This document shows, in pieces, positions 30,316 through 42,965 of a stretch of DNA of 64,000 bases (position 1 is its first letter; each line of letters opens with the position of its first letter). Under the pieces are notes generated by a model. It worked only from the letters and a program-made list of their open reading frames with translations, did not search any database and was not told the DNA's origin. Source of the DNA: Macrostomum lignano (Eukaryota); assembly GCA_002269645.1 (NCBI GenBank), contig NIVC01000598.1, forward strand, positions 594,286-658,285. Reading direction: 5' to 3'. A program made the position numbers and the translations under genes.

Positions 30316-30630
30316 GGGGTTGTAGCCTAGTGCTTAGAGCATCGGTCTTTCGACTGAAAGGTCGGGGGTTCGATTCTCGACCCACTCGCAACAATTTGTG
30401 TCCTTGAGTAAGACACTTCACTCTGCATCGCTTCAGTTCACCCAGCTGTAAAATGGGTGCCAGCATTAGCTGGGGTAATTGAGGCTGTGTGGCGACCTCA
30501 CCCCCAGTCCTTGGACTGAACAGCCGTACGCAGCCTTCAGATGCGCCGCGCAATAGCTGCGGCTGAGCAGTCGGTTGCACATTTGGCACAATTGGGGCAG
30601 GTGTAATCAAACGTTGTATTGTAATTATTA
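30316..30630 (+). mobile_element. tRNA-derived SINE with CORE-like central domain
   Basis: Pol III A box (TAGCCTAGTG) and B box (GGTTCGATTC, ~30367). The segment gtgtccttgagtaagacacttcactct...cagctgtaaaatggg resembles the CORE domain. AT-rich tail. Second copy at 62033. Confidence 0.8.
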
Positions 30631-32109
30631 GCATCTGACCCTGAGCACAGACGTGCTCACGGGTACGTACACCCACGCACTCACTCACTCAGAGTGCACA
30701 GCGGCTTTCTCATCATTAGGCATGTACTCTCTCTGTGCCTCGGCGATTGGTGCTCATGGAAGAAAATTGCGCAATCCTCAAATCGAAGCCCTGGTCCTGA
30801 CCTGAAGCGTGTCTAATCGAGCCGTGTCAATCGAGCTAACAGAAAAAGCTAAAATAAAGGGGAAAAAAGCAACTGAGCCACAGTTTCCAGATTCTATGCG
30901 TACGACAAGGTCGCTGAGGCGGTGATGGAAGCTCGCGTGACCGACAGCTGCGCCGTGACAACTTCCGCGTGCAGAGCTTTTGTCTCAATTCTCTCCCCAT
31001 CTACCATGGCAGGGGAGGGGCGGCTGTTGTTTGTCTTCTCGCCCTGACATTTTTCGCCCCGGCCATTCATCCGTCTTTTCTTCTTCCACCTCTTTTCCCC
31101 TGGGATTTTTTTCTCGTCGTCTGAAAGAGAGCATCCCACAGCCACCCCCTCAATCGGCTCACAGGTGTGCTTCCTGCGACCGGGTTCTCAGAGCATTCTT
31201 CTGCATTTTATTCTTTTTAATTGGTCAGATGCTGAAGTAATTCGTATGGAATTCAGCCGGATTCAGCCCTGCCCTCTCGTGCCAGTCAGTATTGCTTGTC
31301 AAGCATTTTTGTCCTGAAACGTCTTCAGGGTTCTTTATTCCCCCTATCTGTTCTACATGAATCCTCAGAGCAACCCAGCAAAGCAATAATTAGCGAGGTG
31401 GCTGAGTGGTGAGTGGTGAACTATCGCTCCAAAGTACTTGAGCTCGATTCCGTGTGCGGTCACATTGCACAGAGCGTGCTCATGCCTGACTAGGAGAAAG
31501 TCAGGGCACTGTACACCCTGTGATAGCGTGTGCCTGCGCACTTGCTGTGACACCTGTGTGTGTTCTTGCACCATGTCTTGAAGCATGTATGTGAATTGAG
31601 CATAATTACAATACTTACCTTTTGTCCACTTGCAACTAGCTATGCGGCTACACTATGTGACTAACCAATGTGGCAGAGATGTCTAAGGCCTTCAGAATGT
31701 CTTCCGTCTCAAGCCAACCAACTCAAGCGAATAATTGACAGGGCAAAGTAAGTAGAAGCTTGCCCTCAAAAAGCCGAAACTGAAACCATTCTGCGTCTGT
31801 TGCGGTGTTCTAGCGCCCCGACATTTTTCCCGTGTAACTGGCGGCGGCCGCGGCCTTTGTCTCGCGTTCACTCTGGTTAGTTAGCCTCGCTCCACTGACA
31901 CGCGAACTGGATCGCATGTCTCAAACGGAATGTCAGTGCTCAAGGGGAGTGAGCTCAGATGGATTTCATGCCGCATAATTCTGTACCAACTCTCATGTGG
32001 AAGTCTGCGCTCGTGCGTGAACTTCCGACGCCTGCCTGGCTTTTTGATACGCAACTGGCTTTTCTGACTCTCCCGCCCTCTCTGCTGCCGTAGACACTTC
32101 ACGCTGCTC

Positions 32110-33205
32110 CACTTTTAATTCCTTTTCAGCTCTCCCCTTCCCCTTTCTCTCTATCCCTCTTCCCTCTCCCTTCCCTTACTCTCTGCCCCTCTCCCCTCTC
32201 CCTTCCCTTACTCTCTGCCCCTCTCCCCTCTCCCTTCCCTTTCTCTCTACCCCTCTCCCCTCTCCCTTCCCCTTACTCTCTGCCCCTCTCCCCTCTCCCT
32301 TCCCTTTCTCTCTGCCCCTCTCCCCTTATCCCTTCCCCTTTTCTCTCTGCCCCTCTCCCCTTATCCCTTCCCCTTTTCTCTCTACCCCTCTCCCCTTCTC
32401 CCTTCCCCTTTTCTCTCTGCCCCTCTCCCCTTCTCCCTTCCCCTTTTCTCTCTGCCCCTCTCCCCTTCTCCCTTCCCCTTTTCTCTCTGCCCCTCTCCCC
32501 TTATCCCTTCCCCTTTTCTCTCTACCCTCTCCCCTTCTCCCTTCCCCTTTTCTCTCTGCCCCTCTCCCCTTATCCCTTCCCCTTTTCTCTCTACCCCTCT
32601 CCCCTTCTCCCTTCCCCTTTTCTCTCTACCCCTCTCCCCTCTCCCTTCCCCTTTCTCGCTACCCCTCTTCCCTCTTCCTTCCTCTTTCTCTCTGCCCCTC
32701 TCCCCTTCTCCCTTCCCCTTTCTCGCTACCCCTCTCCCCTTCTCCCTTCCCCTTTTCTCTCTGCCCCTCTCCCCTTCTCCCTTCCCCTTTTCTCTCTGCC
32801 CCTCTCCCCTTATCCCTTCCCCTTTTCTCTCTACCCCTCTCCCCTTATCCCTTCCCCTTTTCTCTCTACCCCTCTCCCCTTCTCCCTTCCCCTTTTCTCT
32901 CTGCCCCTCTCCCCTTATCCCTTCCCCTTTTCTCTCTACCCCTCTCCCCTTCTCCCTTCCCCTTTTCTCTCTGCTCCTCTCCCCTTCTCCCTTCCCCTTT
33001 TCTCTCTGCCCTCTCCCCTTCTCCCTTCCCCTTTTCTCTCTGCCCTCTCCCCTTATCCCTTCCCCTTTTCTCTCTACCCCTCTCCCCTCTCCCTTCCCCT
33101 TTCTCGCTACCCCTCTTCCCTCTCCCTTCCCCTTTCTCTCTGCCCCTCTCCCTCTTCCTTCCTCTTTCTCGCTACCCCTCTCCTCTTTTCCTCCCCTTTC
33201 TCTCT
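32110..33205. repeat. ~35-bp polypyrimidine minisatellite
   Basis: Unit approximately CCCCTCTCCCCTTCTCCCTTCCCCTTTTCTCTCTG. Confidence 0.93.
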
Positions 33206-33900
33206 ACCCGCCAAACCCTCTCCCTACTCTTTCCTCATTCTCTTTCTTTCCATATACTAACTTTTGGCGATAGTATTTCTCTCTATTTAGCGCCAGAACT
33301 TGGGTGTCACTGAACTGATATTGCTTTATGAAAAATCGAGCCATAAAAAGCCAATTATTATAATGAGTAACGATACAGTTGACTCCATTTTGACCCCGCT
33401 GTCTTGCCAACTTCAATCAATTCGAAAGCTTTCATCCCATATTTTTCTATCAGTTGTCAGTCGCACCGATTGATATATATATAAGCGATATTTGGGCTTA
33501 TATCTGCAATTAACTATCTGGCGAGCACAGCCCGGCACCCTGATGGGGGGTCTCTCCACCGCCTTCCCGAGCCATTTCCTCTTGGCAGTCGCTCTGCCCA
33601 GGCTGCGTTGAGATTGACTGAGTGAAATAACTCTGCCCCCATACTGCTCGTCAGCCACCCCCAGCCCGGGCCCGGAAGTTTGTCAGGCCAGCAATGCCAC
33701 GGCCGTGAGGCGCGTGGAAAACTGTGGAAAACTTTATCCCCACCTCTTCGGCACTGCGAACTCCCCATCCGAAAAAATCCCCTCGAAAAACTCTGGTTCT
33801 CTCATTCGTTGGCTTTTTAGCATTGTAGAAATAGTTTTTGTTGGGGATCAACTTTTTCAATAAGTTTTCCTAATCTCAAACCACCAAGACACAAAGAGTT

Positions 33901-34297
33901 TACAATGCCTGACGATTGGAAAGTCAGGGGCTCTGTACACCCTGCGTGAGCGGTGTATGAGTGCGTGACTGCGTACAGTATTAGCGCTCTTGTGTGTACT
34001 CAGGAGGAATGGGCAGAATTTCGGTCAGCGCCGGTTGCGCCAATGTGACCGCAGCCCTCCTACGAATATTTATGTTTATGAGAAACGAGGACAGAGAACG
34101 GAAAAAGAAGCAGAAAACAGAGAGAAAGCAGAAAGTGCCATCACGAGCTCGAGTGGAAAGAAGAAAAGTTCGCACTGTGTACGGAGCAGCTGTTCTGATT
34201 CGATTGAATAATTCAAAATCGAGGGGCGCAGCTGCGCAGTCCTGGTGTCCATCTGTCAGGCCCGAAGCAGATTAGTGTCGGTCTCCGGCCATAAAGA
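33901..34297 (-). repeat. Second copy of the ~400-bp dispersed repeat
   Basis: Reverse complement of 18231-18636. Confidence 0.85.
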
Positions 34298-34644
34298 TAT
34301 GACAATAAGCTACTCAAGAAGCCCGTGTTGGGAAAAGATTTCGCCGAACGTGTTGTGGCCGGGTGCGAACAGCCCTCCTGCGAATACTGATACGTCTCCC
34401 TTCTCTTCCAGTCCCCGCTAGCCTTTACCCAAACACCTCGTGACCAAAGGTGCAAGTCTTAACAGATGAGCCCCGAAATATAAGGGTGAAAGGGTGAGAC
34501 GTTGGTTCATCTCGAAAACATGTGTAACTGTTGTCAAATTTCACAATTGTAGCCTATACTCGTAAATTAATATCAATACATATTGCAGCTGGACTCAGCA
34601 CTGCCTGCAGTTTATGAAACCCTTCACAATATTGATGACAAGTT

Positions 34645-36228
34645 GGTCCCTCTCCCTCCCTCTCCCTCCCTCCGCTCCCTCTCCCTCCCTCGGCTCCCTC
34701 TCCCTCCTTCGGCTCCCTCTCCCTCCTTCAGCTCCCTCTCCCTCCCTCGGCTCCCTCTCCCTCCCTCGGCTCCCTCTCCCTCCTTCGGCTCCCTCTCCCT
34801 CCTTCAGCTCCCTCTCCCTCCCTCGGCTCCCTCTCCCTCCCTCGGCTCCCTCTCCCTCCCTCTCCCTCCCTCTCCCTCCCTCCGCTCCCTCTCCCTCCCT
34901 CGGCTCCCTCTCCCTCCTTCGGCTCCCTCTCCCTCCTTCAGCTCCCTCTCCCTCCTTCGGCTCCCTCTCCCTCCCTCGGCTCCCTCTCCCTCCCTCTCCC
35001 TCCCTCTCCCTCCCTCAGCTCCCTCTCCCTCCCTCTCCCTCCCTCTCCCTCCCTCTCCCTCCCTCCGCTCCCTCTCCCTCCTTCGGCTCCCTCTCCCTCC
35101 TTCGGCTCCCTCTCCCTCCCTCTCCCTCCCTCCGCTCCCTCCCCCTCCTTCGGCTCCCTCTCCCTCCCTCCGCTCCTCTCCCTCCTTCGGCTCCCTCTCC
35201 CTCCCTCTCCCTCCCTCAGCTCCCTCTCCCTCCTTCGGCTCCCTCTCCCTCCCTCAGCTCCCTCTCCCTCCTCAGCTCCCTTTCCCTCCCTCGGCTCCCT
35301 CTCCCTCCCTCAGCTCCCTCTCCCTCCCTCGGCTCCCTCTCCCTCCCTCGGCTCCCTCTCCCTCCCTCGGCTCCCTCTCCCTCCCTCGGCTCCCTCTCCC
35401 TCCTTCGGCTCCCTCTCCCTCCCTCAGCTCCCTCTCCCTCCCTCAGCTCCCTCTCCCTCCTTCGGCTCCCTCTCCCTCCCTCTCCCTCCCTCCGCTCCCT
35501 CTCCCTCCTTCGGCTCCCTCTCCCTCCCTCGGCTCCCTCTCCCTCCCTCCGCTCCCTCTCCCTCCTTCGGCTCCCTCTCCCTCCCTCGGCTCCCTCTCCC
35601 TCCTTCGGCTCCCTCTCCCTCCCTCTCCCTCCTTCGGCTCCCTCTCCCTCCCTCTCCCTCCCTCTCCCTCCCTCCGCTCCCTCTCCCTCCTTCGGCTCCC
35701 TCTCCCTCCCTCAGCTCCCTCTCCCTCCTTCGGCTCCCTCTCCCTCCCTCGGCTCCCTCTCTCTCCCTCAGCTCCCTCTCCCTCCCTCTCCCTCCCTCTC
35801 CCTCCCTCCGCTCCCTCTCCCTCCCTCGGCTCCCTCTCCCTCCTTCGGCTCCCTCTCCCTCCCTCGGCTCCCTCTCTCTCCCTCAGCTCCCTCTCCCTCC
35901 CTCTCCCCCCCTCTCCCTCCCTCCGCTCCCTCTCCCTCTCCCCCCCTCTCCCTCCTTCGGCTCCCTCTCCCTCCCTCTCCCTCCCTCCGCTCCCTCTCCC
36001 TCCTTCGGCTCCCTCTCCCTCCCTCCGCTCCCTCTCCCTCCTTCGGCTCCCTCTCCCTCCTTCGGCTCCCTCTCCCTCCTTCGGCTCCCTCTCCCTCCCT
36101 CTCCCTCCCTCCGCTCCCTCTCCCTCCTTCGGCTCCCTCTCCCTCCTTCGGCTCCCTCTCCCTCCCTCAGCTCCCTCTCCCTCCCTCGGCTCCCTCTCCC
36201 TCCCTCGGCTCCCTCTCCCTCCCTCCTT
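34645..36228. repeat. Complex 19-bp-based polypyrimidine minisatellite (CTCCCTCTCCCTCCTTCGG variants)
   Basis: Read directly; it explains the spurious Pro/Ser/Leu ORFs. Confidence 0.93.
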
Positions 36229-38649
36229 TAATCTCACTCTCTACCTCTCTCCCTCACTCCCATCTATTGCCCGCTCTCAAGCCAGTCCTGTTTTCTTATT
36301 CCTTCCTCCTCTCCACTAGTCTCCATTTTCACCTTCTCTCCGCGATCACTTCATCGCAGTTTCTCTCGCTTGTCTCGTTTTTTTAAAATGCTCAGCAGAC
36401 GCTGCTTTACACTATTTCATTTGAGAATTCTTCTCAGCAGACAATGCGGAGGCACTGAAGTGTCCCCGATCCCCTAGCCAGCCATTTTTCAGGTGCGGCC
36501 AAGAATTGAGGAAAAGTTTCCTTAGAGGAGAGGGGGAGGGCAGCTCAATGCAAGCGCCGCGACAGCCTCTCGGATATGGATGGAGATGGACTGTGGGCAC
36601 AATGGATTTGCCAGCAGACGTTTAAGCTGGTGATGCACTTGAAGCTGAGAATTGACAGTTTTTGGGGCTATAGGTAAGCCGCTTACAGCAGACGGGCTTT
36701 AAGCCTATGGGGATCAGTCAGGCTGTCCCACCTGGAGGGATAAATGTCGCATCTGTGACAGGCGACGCTCTGTGTTTTAAACTTTTATTTCAGAGCTGTT
36801 TAAGATGACGTATGTTAAAAGAAGCAGATTTGTCTCCTTGGAACACCCAGACAGACACAGAGTTGTACATGCCTAATCATGAGAAGGCCAGGGCAAATTG
36901 TACATCCTGTGTGAGCGCGTGCCTTCATGCCAGTTGAGATTGCAGAAATCCTCAGCAGGCGTTTACAGAGATGCCTGTCAGGATTCAACATCGGCTATTT
37001 TTAACTGGCACATCGCGTCAATGTAAGGCAAGGGGAGCATCCGTCCAGAGTTTTTTGCTGGTTTTTTTGTCTTCCTATTCCCGAAAAAAGACTTCCTATT
37101 TTTGCATAAAAGTGTCTAAAAATACGGGGGGGGGGATGGTGAGGCACCGAAGCCAGTCCCTGTTGCTCCGTCAGGCCACTCCCAAAAGAGGCGAAATCCG
37201 AGCCGCTTTGCTTGAAATCAAAGCACAATAGAAACGATTTTTGCATGGATTTTTTCACCGACTGCTCCATTTAGCTGGTTTGTTATTCTAGGCTGTCTGG
37301 GTAGATAGGGGACGGTGAATGCTGGGCAATATCTGGCATATTTCAGTAATGATTTTGCATGCACTTTTTATTATTATTGCATTTCAATATAAGCGTGGCT
37401 TATAAATGCAAATTCCTGGGTCTGGGGCTGGCTATGCAAGATCAGTTGAACCCGGAGAAGGTTTCTAATCCGGAAAAGTTGTCGCACTTGAAATCGGATT
37501 GTTCACTTGTTCTGAGCGCCAGGCATCGCACCTGAGCCCATGCATCAAATTCAGCATCAGACAGTGATTGAATGTGCGCTCATTTGGGTCCGCGAAGTGA
37601 TGGAGACCGGAGGCTGAAAGTAATGCGGCGATAAAACGGCTGGGAGACGGAGCGTGAGCAAGAGGAGGTCAGCTGGGGAGAGGTGCCGACTGCCTGTCGT
37701 TGGGGCAAGGCTGACTGCTGGGACTCGACTAGGGAGTTTTTATTAGACACAGGCCGCCACCTTCACGCCGAAAACTGGATAGAGAGTGAATGAAATGGCA
37801 TTAGAGACGGGGAGACAGCGGCAGAGTGGATGGGTGGCAATGGGTCATGAAAATTTTATGGCCAACGCGGGTGAGCTCTGGGAACTCAGGGAGACTCGGC
37901 TAGAGGTGACGGTGAGATGGGCAAGGAGAGCAGAGAGAGGGAAAGGAGGGGTGGCTGAAACTCTGCAGAAAATCTGCGCCAAGAATCTCTCTTCCGTTGG
38001 CTGGCGAAGGCGCAGCTCTGGATTGCCGCTGATAAGCGCGTCAAGACTCCTGCAGGCAGCCAGCATGCCTCTTGGATGGATGCCCGATGCAGTTTTTGGC
38101 CAACTGCTGGGGACAGTTTTCCTCTCGCGCTTTATTCCCAGCCGAGCTGATCCCCTCTCCCTCCCCCACACTTTCGAACCGGGCTTGAGGCTGTGGCAGC
38201 GCACTTCAATCGCAAACAATCTGCAGCCACCCGCATCAATCTAGGAAATCCCGCGGCTCTTAAGACCCGCTGCTCCTAAGTCGTCTCAAGTTCTCCGTCA
38301 GTGCGGTCCACTGTCGCTTGCTGGCAAGTGCGGTGGAGCTCCTAATGCGGTGCGGTGAGGAACACCCGGTTGCTATGAGGCTGCGCGAGAAAAAATTTCT
38401 CTAGCATTATGTGCTTTATATTGTCGACTTTGGGAATAACAAGCAATGAGATTACAGTGGGCAGACAGTACCCTTGCTGGCGAGCGATCTTATCTAAAGG
38501 CATAATTTTAAACAATATTTCTAAAGCAAAATAAAAGTTTTGTTTTACACAATGACTTTTTAAAACTTAATGAAGACAATTCAGTTTTTTGTTTTAATAG
38601 AAACAAAACAGGTAAGTAAGACACGCATGGCAAGAATTTTAAGCAAAGT

Positions 38650-38830
38650 CTGAAGCGGATGTGGAGGCATGGACAGAAGCGGATGTGGAGGCATGAACAG
38701 AAGCGGATGTGGAGGCATGGACAGAAGCGGATGTGGAGGCATGGACAGAAGCGGATGTGGAGGCATGAACAGAAGCGGATGTGGAGGCATGGACAGAAGC
38801 GGATGTGGAGGCATGGATAGAGGCGGATGT
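38650..38830. repeat. 24-bp minisatellite (GCATGGACAGAAGCGGATGTGGAG)n, ~7 copies
   Basis: Read directly from the sequence. Confidence 0.93.
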
Positions 38831-38990
38831 TCAAGTGGCAAAATAAGCATGCAAAAGCTCAAATACAACCAGACACCGTAGCAGAAGTGCCACTGAGTCC
38901 GGCTGACGGATTCTATTTTGAGTCCTTTCATCTCAAGCAGACAGTGAACGGCCTAGCGCAGACTTAGATGCGAGCAAGTGGACTGGTCCT

Positions 38991-40202
38991 CTATACCTGA
39001 TCGTCTGCCTCCCAGTGAACTGTCGTAGCGACTGCCACGGACGGAGAAGCGGAGGCGGTGTCGGACGAGGCGGAAGCGAAAACCGACCCAATCTCTGCTG
39101 TCGCAGACCGGCTCCGCCGCCAGAGCTCCTCGCAGATCTCCGCAGCCGCCGACGGCCCGGCGTTGCTGTCAACGAGAGCCAGTAGGAGCACGCCGTCCGG
39201 CCCGATCCGATCGGTAAAGGTGACAATTCCCACTCCGCTGCCGCCAGCGGTGCAGCCACGCATCCGCAGCAGTCTGGTGACATATCTGCGCCGAGCAGAC
39301 TTGGGCAGAAGCCGCCAGCACCAGATGATGAGGCTGCGGCCGGTCAGACAGCCGAGACCGAAAAGCCAGAACCAGAGAAGAGCGTAGACCTTCTCGTTGA
39401 GTCGGTTGATTTGCAGAACGCACTGCACGGTGTGCCGCTGCTCGTTGCCAAGCACCCGGATGAGCAGGTCGCAGTAAGTCACGCGGGGAAAATAGCCGGA
39501 CTCTTCCCAGTCGCGGCCGAGCGTCAAATTCACGGCCAACGAGAAGCCGTAGGCAACCGTCCGAGTGCCGGCTGTCAAGTAGGAGTTAATGATGAAGAAC
39601 TGGGAGACTGTGGTACCGATGTAGAGCAATTTGGTAGCCAGGTAGGCCCTGCACAGCTGGCTGTTGGCGGGGTTCAGCTGCGCCCAGCAGCGCGATCCTC
39701 CAACTGACCTGGCTTCGGCGGCGTCCAGCGCTTCGCCGAGATGCCCGGCCACTGACGCCACAGTCTGGCGTCGGGCGCGCCTGCTGCGCAGGTCTTGACA
39801 GTCGGTGGCCAGCTGCAGCGCCCGTGGAAGTCGCAGACCGCGCCTATCCAGACAGTTGGACCAGAACAGGTTGGGCAGCTGGAACATGACGGCCTGGAGC
39901 AGCAGCAGGAAGGCCACCCACTGGTAGTAGGGCAGCTCCTCCGCCTTGCGCTCGGGGAGGCCCTTTGGGATCGGCCGGTCGCGCGGCAGATGGTAGGTGT
40001 TCAGCGCCCAGCAAGCGCTCTCCGTGTACTCCAGGTGAGCCTCAGTGAACTCCTTGGGTACCCAGCAGCTGATCGGGCTGCCAAGGTACTGCCGTTTGCA
40101 GGTGATCACCACGCAGCACAGCAGGAGTAGAAAGGTAAAAAAGTGATTGAGCCTGTCGTTGGACTCATCGTTGACTTCCTTCGAGAAGATTCCAAAGCCC
40201 AT
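38991..40202 (-). CDS. inx: Innexin (gap-junction/hemichannel protein), single coding exon, 403 aa
   Basis: DRLNH, PISCWVPKEF, ACW, YYQWV, FPRVTYCD, HTVQCVL.IN..NEK, WFW and GPDGVLLL motifs. Four TM segments and four extracellular Cys. The symbol is family-level only. Confidence 0.95.
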   Translation of the reverse strand: MGFGIFSKEVNDESNDRLNHFFTFLLLLCCVVITCKRQYLGSPISCWVPKEFTEAHLEYTESACWALNTYHLPRDRPIPKGLPERKAEELPYYQWVAFLLLLQAVMFQLPNLFWSNCLDRRGLRLPRALQLATDCQDLRSRRARRQTVASVAGHLGEALDAAEARSVGGSRCWAQLNPANSQLCRAYLATKLLYIGTTVSQFFIINSYLTAGTRTVAYGFSLAVNLTLGRDWEESGYFPRVTYCDLLIRVLGNEQRHTVQCVLQINRLNEKVYALLWFWLFGLGCLTGRSLIIWCWRLLPKSARRRYVTRLLRMRGCTAGGSGVGIVTFTDRIGPDGVLLLALVDSNAGPSAAAEICEELWRRSRSATAEIGSVFASASSDTASASPSVAVATTVHWEADDQV

Positions 40203-41003
40203 GGTTAATTGCTTCTTGCCTTCCTTACGATCTAGCTCAATGCAGAGGTTCAGAAGTCGCCCGCAAAGCCGTTGCCCTCCAGCCCGCAGACAAAGTTATT
40301 GATATTAAGCAAGGGGGTCGTGTGTGCACGCAAGTTTTTTCATTTTTTCTGTCCCTTGTGCCAAAATTCAAGAATGGAGTCAAGCGTACATTCAAACTGA
40401 AAGGCCCGCTGCTTGGAATGGTGTCTACTATTAGAGGGACTAACTGCATAATGGGGGTTTCGGATATGAGTGCTTGAAGAGGAAAGGAATGAGCAGGTGC
40501 TTTTTTGCCTCTCGGGCGAACTTATTTTCAATTGCGTATTACAGCCCAAAGGCACTACTTTAGTATCCTACTTTCAGTAGAGTAAAGCGTAAATAAAGAA
40601 AAAAATTACAGTTTGTTTCCACTAATGCTAAAGAACTGATTTTTCGGTTCCAACAGAATTTCTGTTCACACTTCGGACTTGATTACGTTCGCGCTAATTC
40701 TTCCAGTCCAATCGATTTTCTTAGCGAATTCAGAGCAACCCTGATTGAAGGGCGCCGGCCGTGATGGAGGGCGGACTTTTGCATCCCCTCCCGCATCCCC
40801 TCCTTGATGTCCTCTCTGCTGGGCAGCTTCTTACGCGCTTAACACTTGGCCGTTCCTTGATTCAATTCCCGGCCAGCAAAGTCTAATTAGAGTACTCTAT
40901 GCGGAGCGCCAGTAGAGACAATGAAGGGACAATGAATTAACTTTTTACGAGTTAGCAAGTAGCATAAAGTCTGTCTGAAGGAACATCGTGGCTGACAACA
41001 ACT

Positions 41004-41418
41004 ATGGGTGTGAACCACACTTATGGGTGTGAACCACACTTATGGGTGTGAACCACACTTATGGGTGGGAACCACACTTATGGGTTGGAACCACACTTAT
41101 GGGTTGGAACCACACTTATGGGTGTGAACCACACTTATGGGTGTGAACCACACTTATGGGTGTGAACCACACTTATGGGTGTGAACCACACTTATGGGTA
41201 TGAACCACACATATGGGTGTGAACCACACTTATGGGTGTGAACCGCACTTTTGGGTTGAACCAAACTTATGGGTGTGAACCACACTTATGAGTGTGAACC
41301 ACACTTATGGGTGTGAACCACACTTATGGGTGTGAACCACACTTATGGGTGTGAACCACACTTATGGGTGTGAACCACACTTATGGGTGTGAACCACACT
41401 TATGGATGTGAACCACAG
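41004..41418. repeat. 19-bp minisatellite (ATGGGTGTGAACCACACTT)n, ~22 copies, internally palindromic
   Basis: Read directly; GTGTG-AAC-CACAC in each unit. Confidence 0.95.
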
Positions 41419-41857
41419 ATGTCTATCCAACGCGGTGACTGCGGGGAAAAGCTGTTTTGAGCGGGGGGACTTGAGGAACTGAGCAATCTGCCGCTAGCCA
41501 ATCCCTGGGTAGCAACTGGCCCGTCCTGAGCAGTGGCCGTAGCGTCATAAAACTGAGCCTCATCTCATCCGCCAGCTACTCATGCACAAACTTGAACCGG
41601 GGGGTATTGTTTAAACAGAATTCGCCAGTTTAGACAGCCATCAACGGGAGTCACTTCAACGGAATGTCAGGTTTCGAGTGATGTATAGGACGCATCGCAC
41701 CCGGTAAGTGATAGCGCGCGGCATTATTCATACTGACTACATTCTTAATATTTCTAGCCATTTGTGCGTGTAATTTCTGCATGCTTTTTGCCTAGTGGGT
41801 TAGAAAAACGTGAATAGCCGGAGCGCTGTAGATATTTGATGCGATGCTCATCAATTC

Positions 41858-42965
41858 TGACCATACTCTCTGGGGGTTACATTGTCTCTGACCATACTCT
41901 CTGGGGGTTACATTGTCTCTGACCATACTCTCTGGGCTTACATTGTCTCTGACCATACTCTCTGGGCTTACATTGTCTCTGACCACACTCTCTGGGGGTT
42001 ACATTGTCTCTGACCATACTCTCTGGGGGTTACATTGTCTCTGACCATACTCTCTGGGCTTACATTGTCTCTGACCATACTCTCTGGGCTTACATTGTCT
42101 CTGACCATACTCTCTGGGCTTACATTGTCTCTGACCATACTCTCTGGGGGTTACATTGTCTCTGACCATACTCTCTGGGGGTTAAATTGTCTCTGACCAT
42201 ACTCTCTGGGGGTTACATTGTCTCTGACCATACTCTCTGGGGGTTACATTGTCTCTGACCATACTCTCTGGGGGTTAAATTGTCTCTGACCATACTCTCT
42301 GGGGGTTACATTGTCTCTGACCATACTCTCTGGGGGTTACATTGTCTCTGACCATACTCTCTGGGGGTTACATTGTCTCTGACCATACTCTCTGGGGTTA
42401 CATTGTCTCTGAACATACTTCCTGGGGTTAGACTGTCTCTGAACATACTTCCTAGGGTTATACTGTCTCTGAACATACTTCCTGGGGTTAGACTGTCTCT
42501 GAACATACTTCCTGGGGTTAGACTGTCTCTGAACATACTTCCTGGGGTTAGACTGTCTCCGAACATACTTCCTGGGGTTAGACTGTCTCTGAACATACTT
42601 CCTGGGGTTAGACTGTCTCTGACCATACTCTCTGGGGGTTACATTGTCTCTGACCATACTCTCTGGGGGTTACATTGTCTCTGACCATACTCTCTGGGGT
42701 TACATTGTCTCTGAACATACTTCCTGGGGTTAGACTGTCTCTGAACATACTTCCTAGGGTTATACTGTCTCTGAACATACTTCCTGGGGTTAGACTGTCT
42801 CTGAACATACTTCCTGGGGTTAGACTGTCTCCGAACATACTTCCTGGGGTTAGACTGTCTCTGAACATACTTCCTGGGGTTAGACTGTCTCTGAACATAC
42901 TTCCTGGGGTTAGACTGTCTCTGACCATACTTCCTGGGGTTAGACTGTCTCTGACCACACTCTCT
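41858..42965. repeat. 30/31-bp minisatellite with two variant classes and a 302-bp higher-order duplication
   Basis: Variant A CTGACCATACTCTCTGGGGGTTACATTGTCT and variant B CTGAACATACTTCCTGGGGTTAGACTGTCT. The diagnostic CCTAGGG variant occurs at 42451 and 42753. Confidence 0.93.

Noticed and set aside
30316-30390. Possible tRNA gene (also 62033-62105)
   Set aside because: A/B boxes are present, but there is no convincing acceptor stem or oligo-T terminator, and it continues into a shared 240-bp body, so it is a SINE head.
36412-36600. Minus-strand NGWLGDRGH, reminiscent of the Harbinger GWLLGDSGY motif
   Set aside because: A single short motif with no flanking transposase motifs; could be chance.
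41004-41418. CRISPR-like appearance of regular short repeats (also 15712-16090, 41858-42965)
   Set aside because: Units are head-to-tail without unique spacers, there are no cas genes, and the context is eukaryotic.
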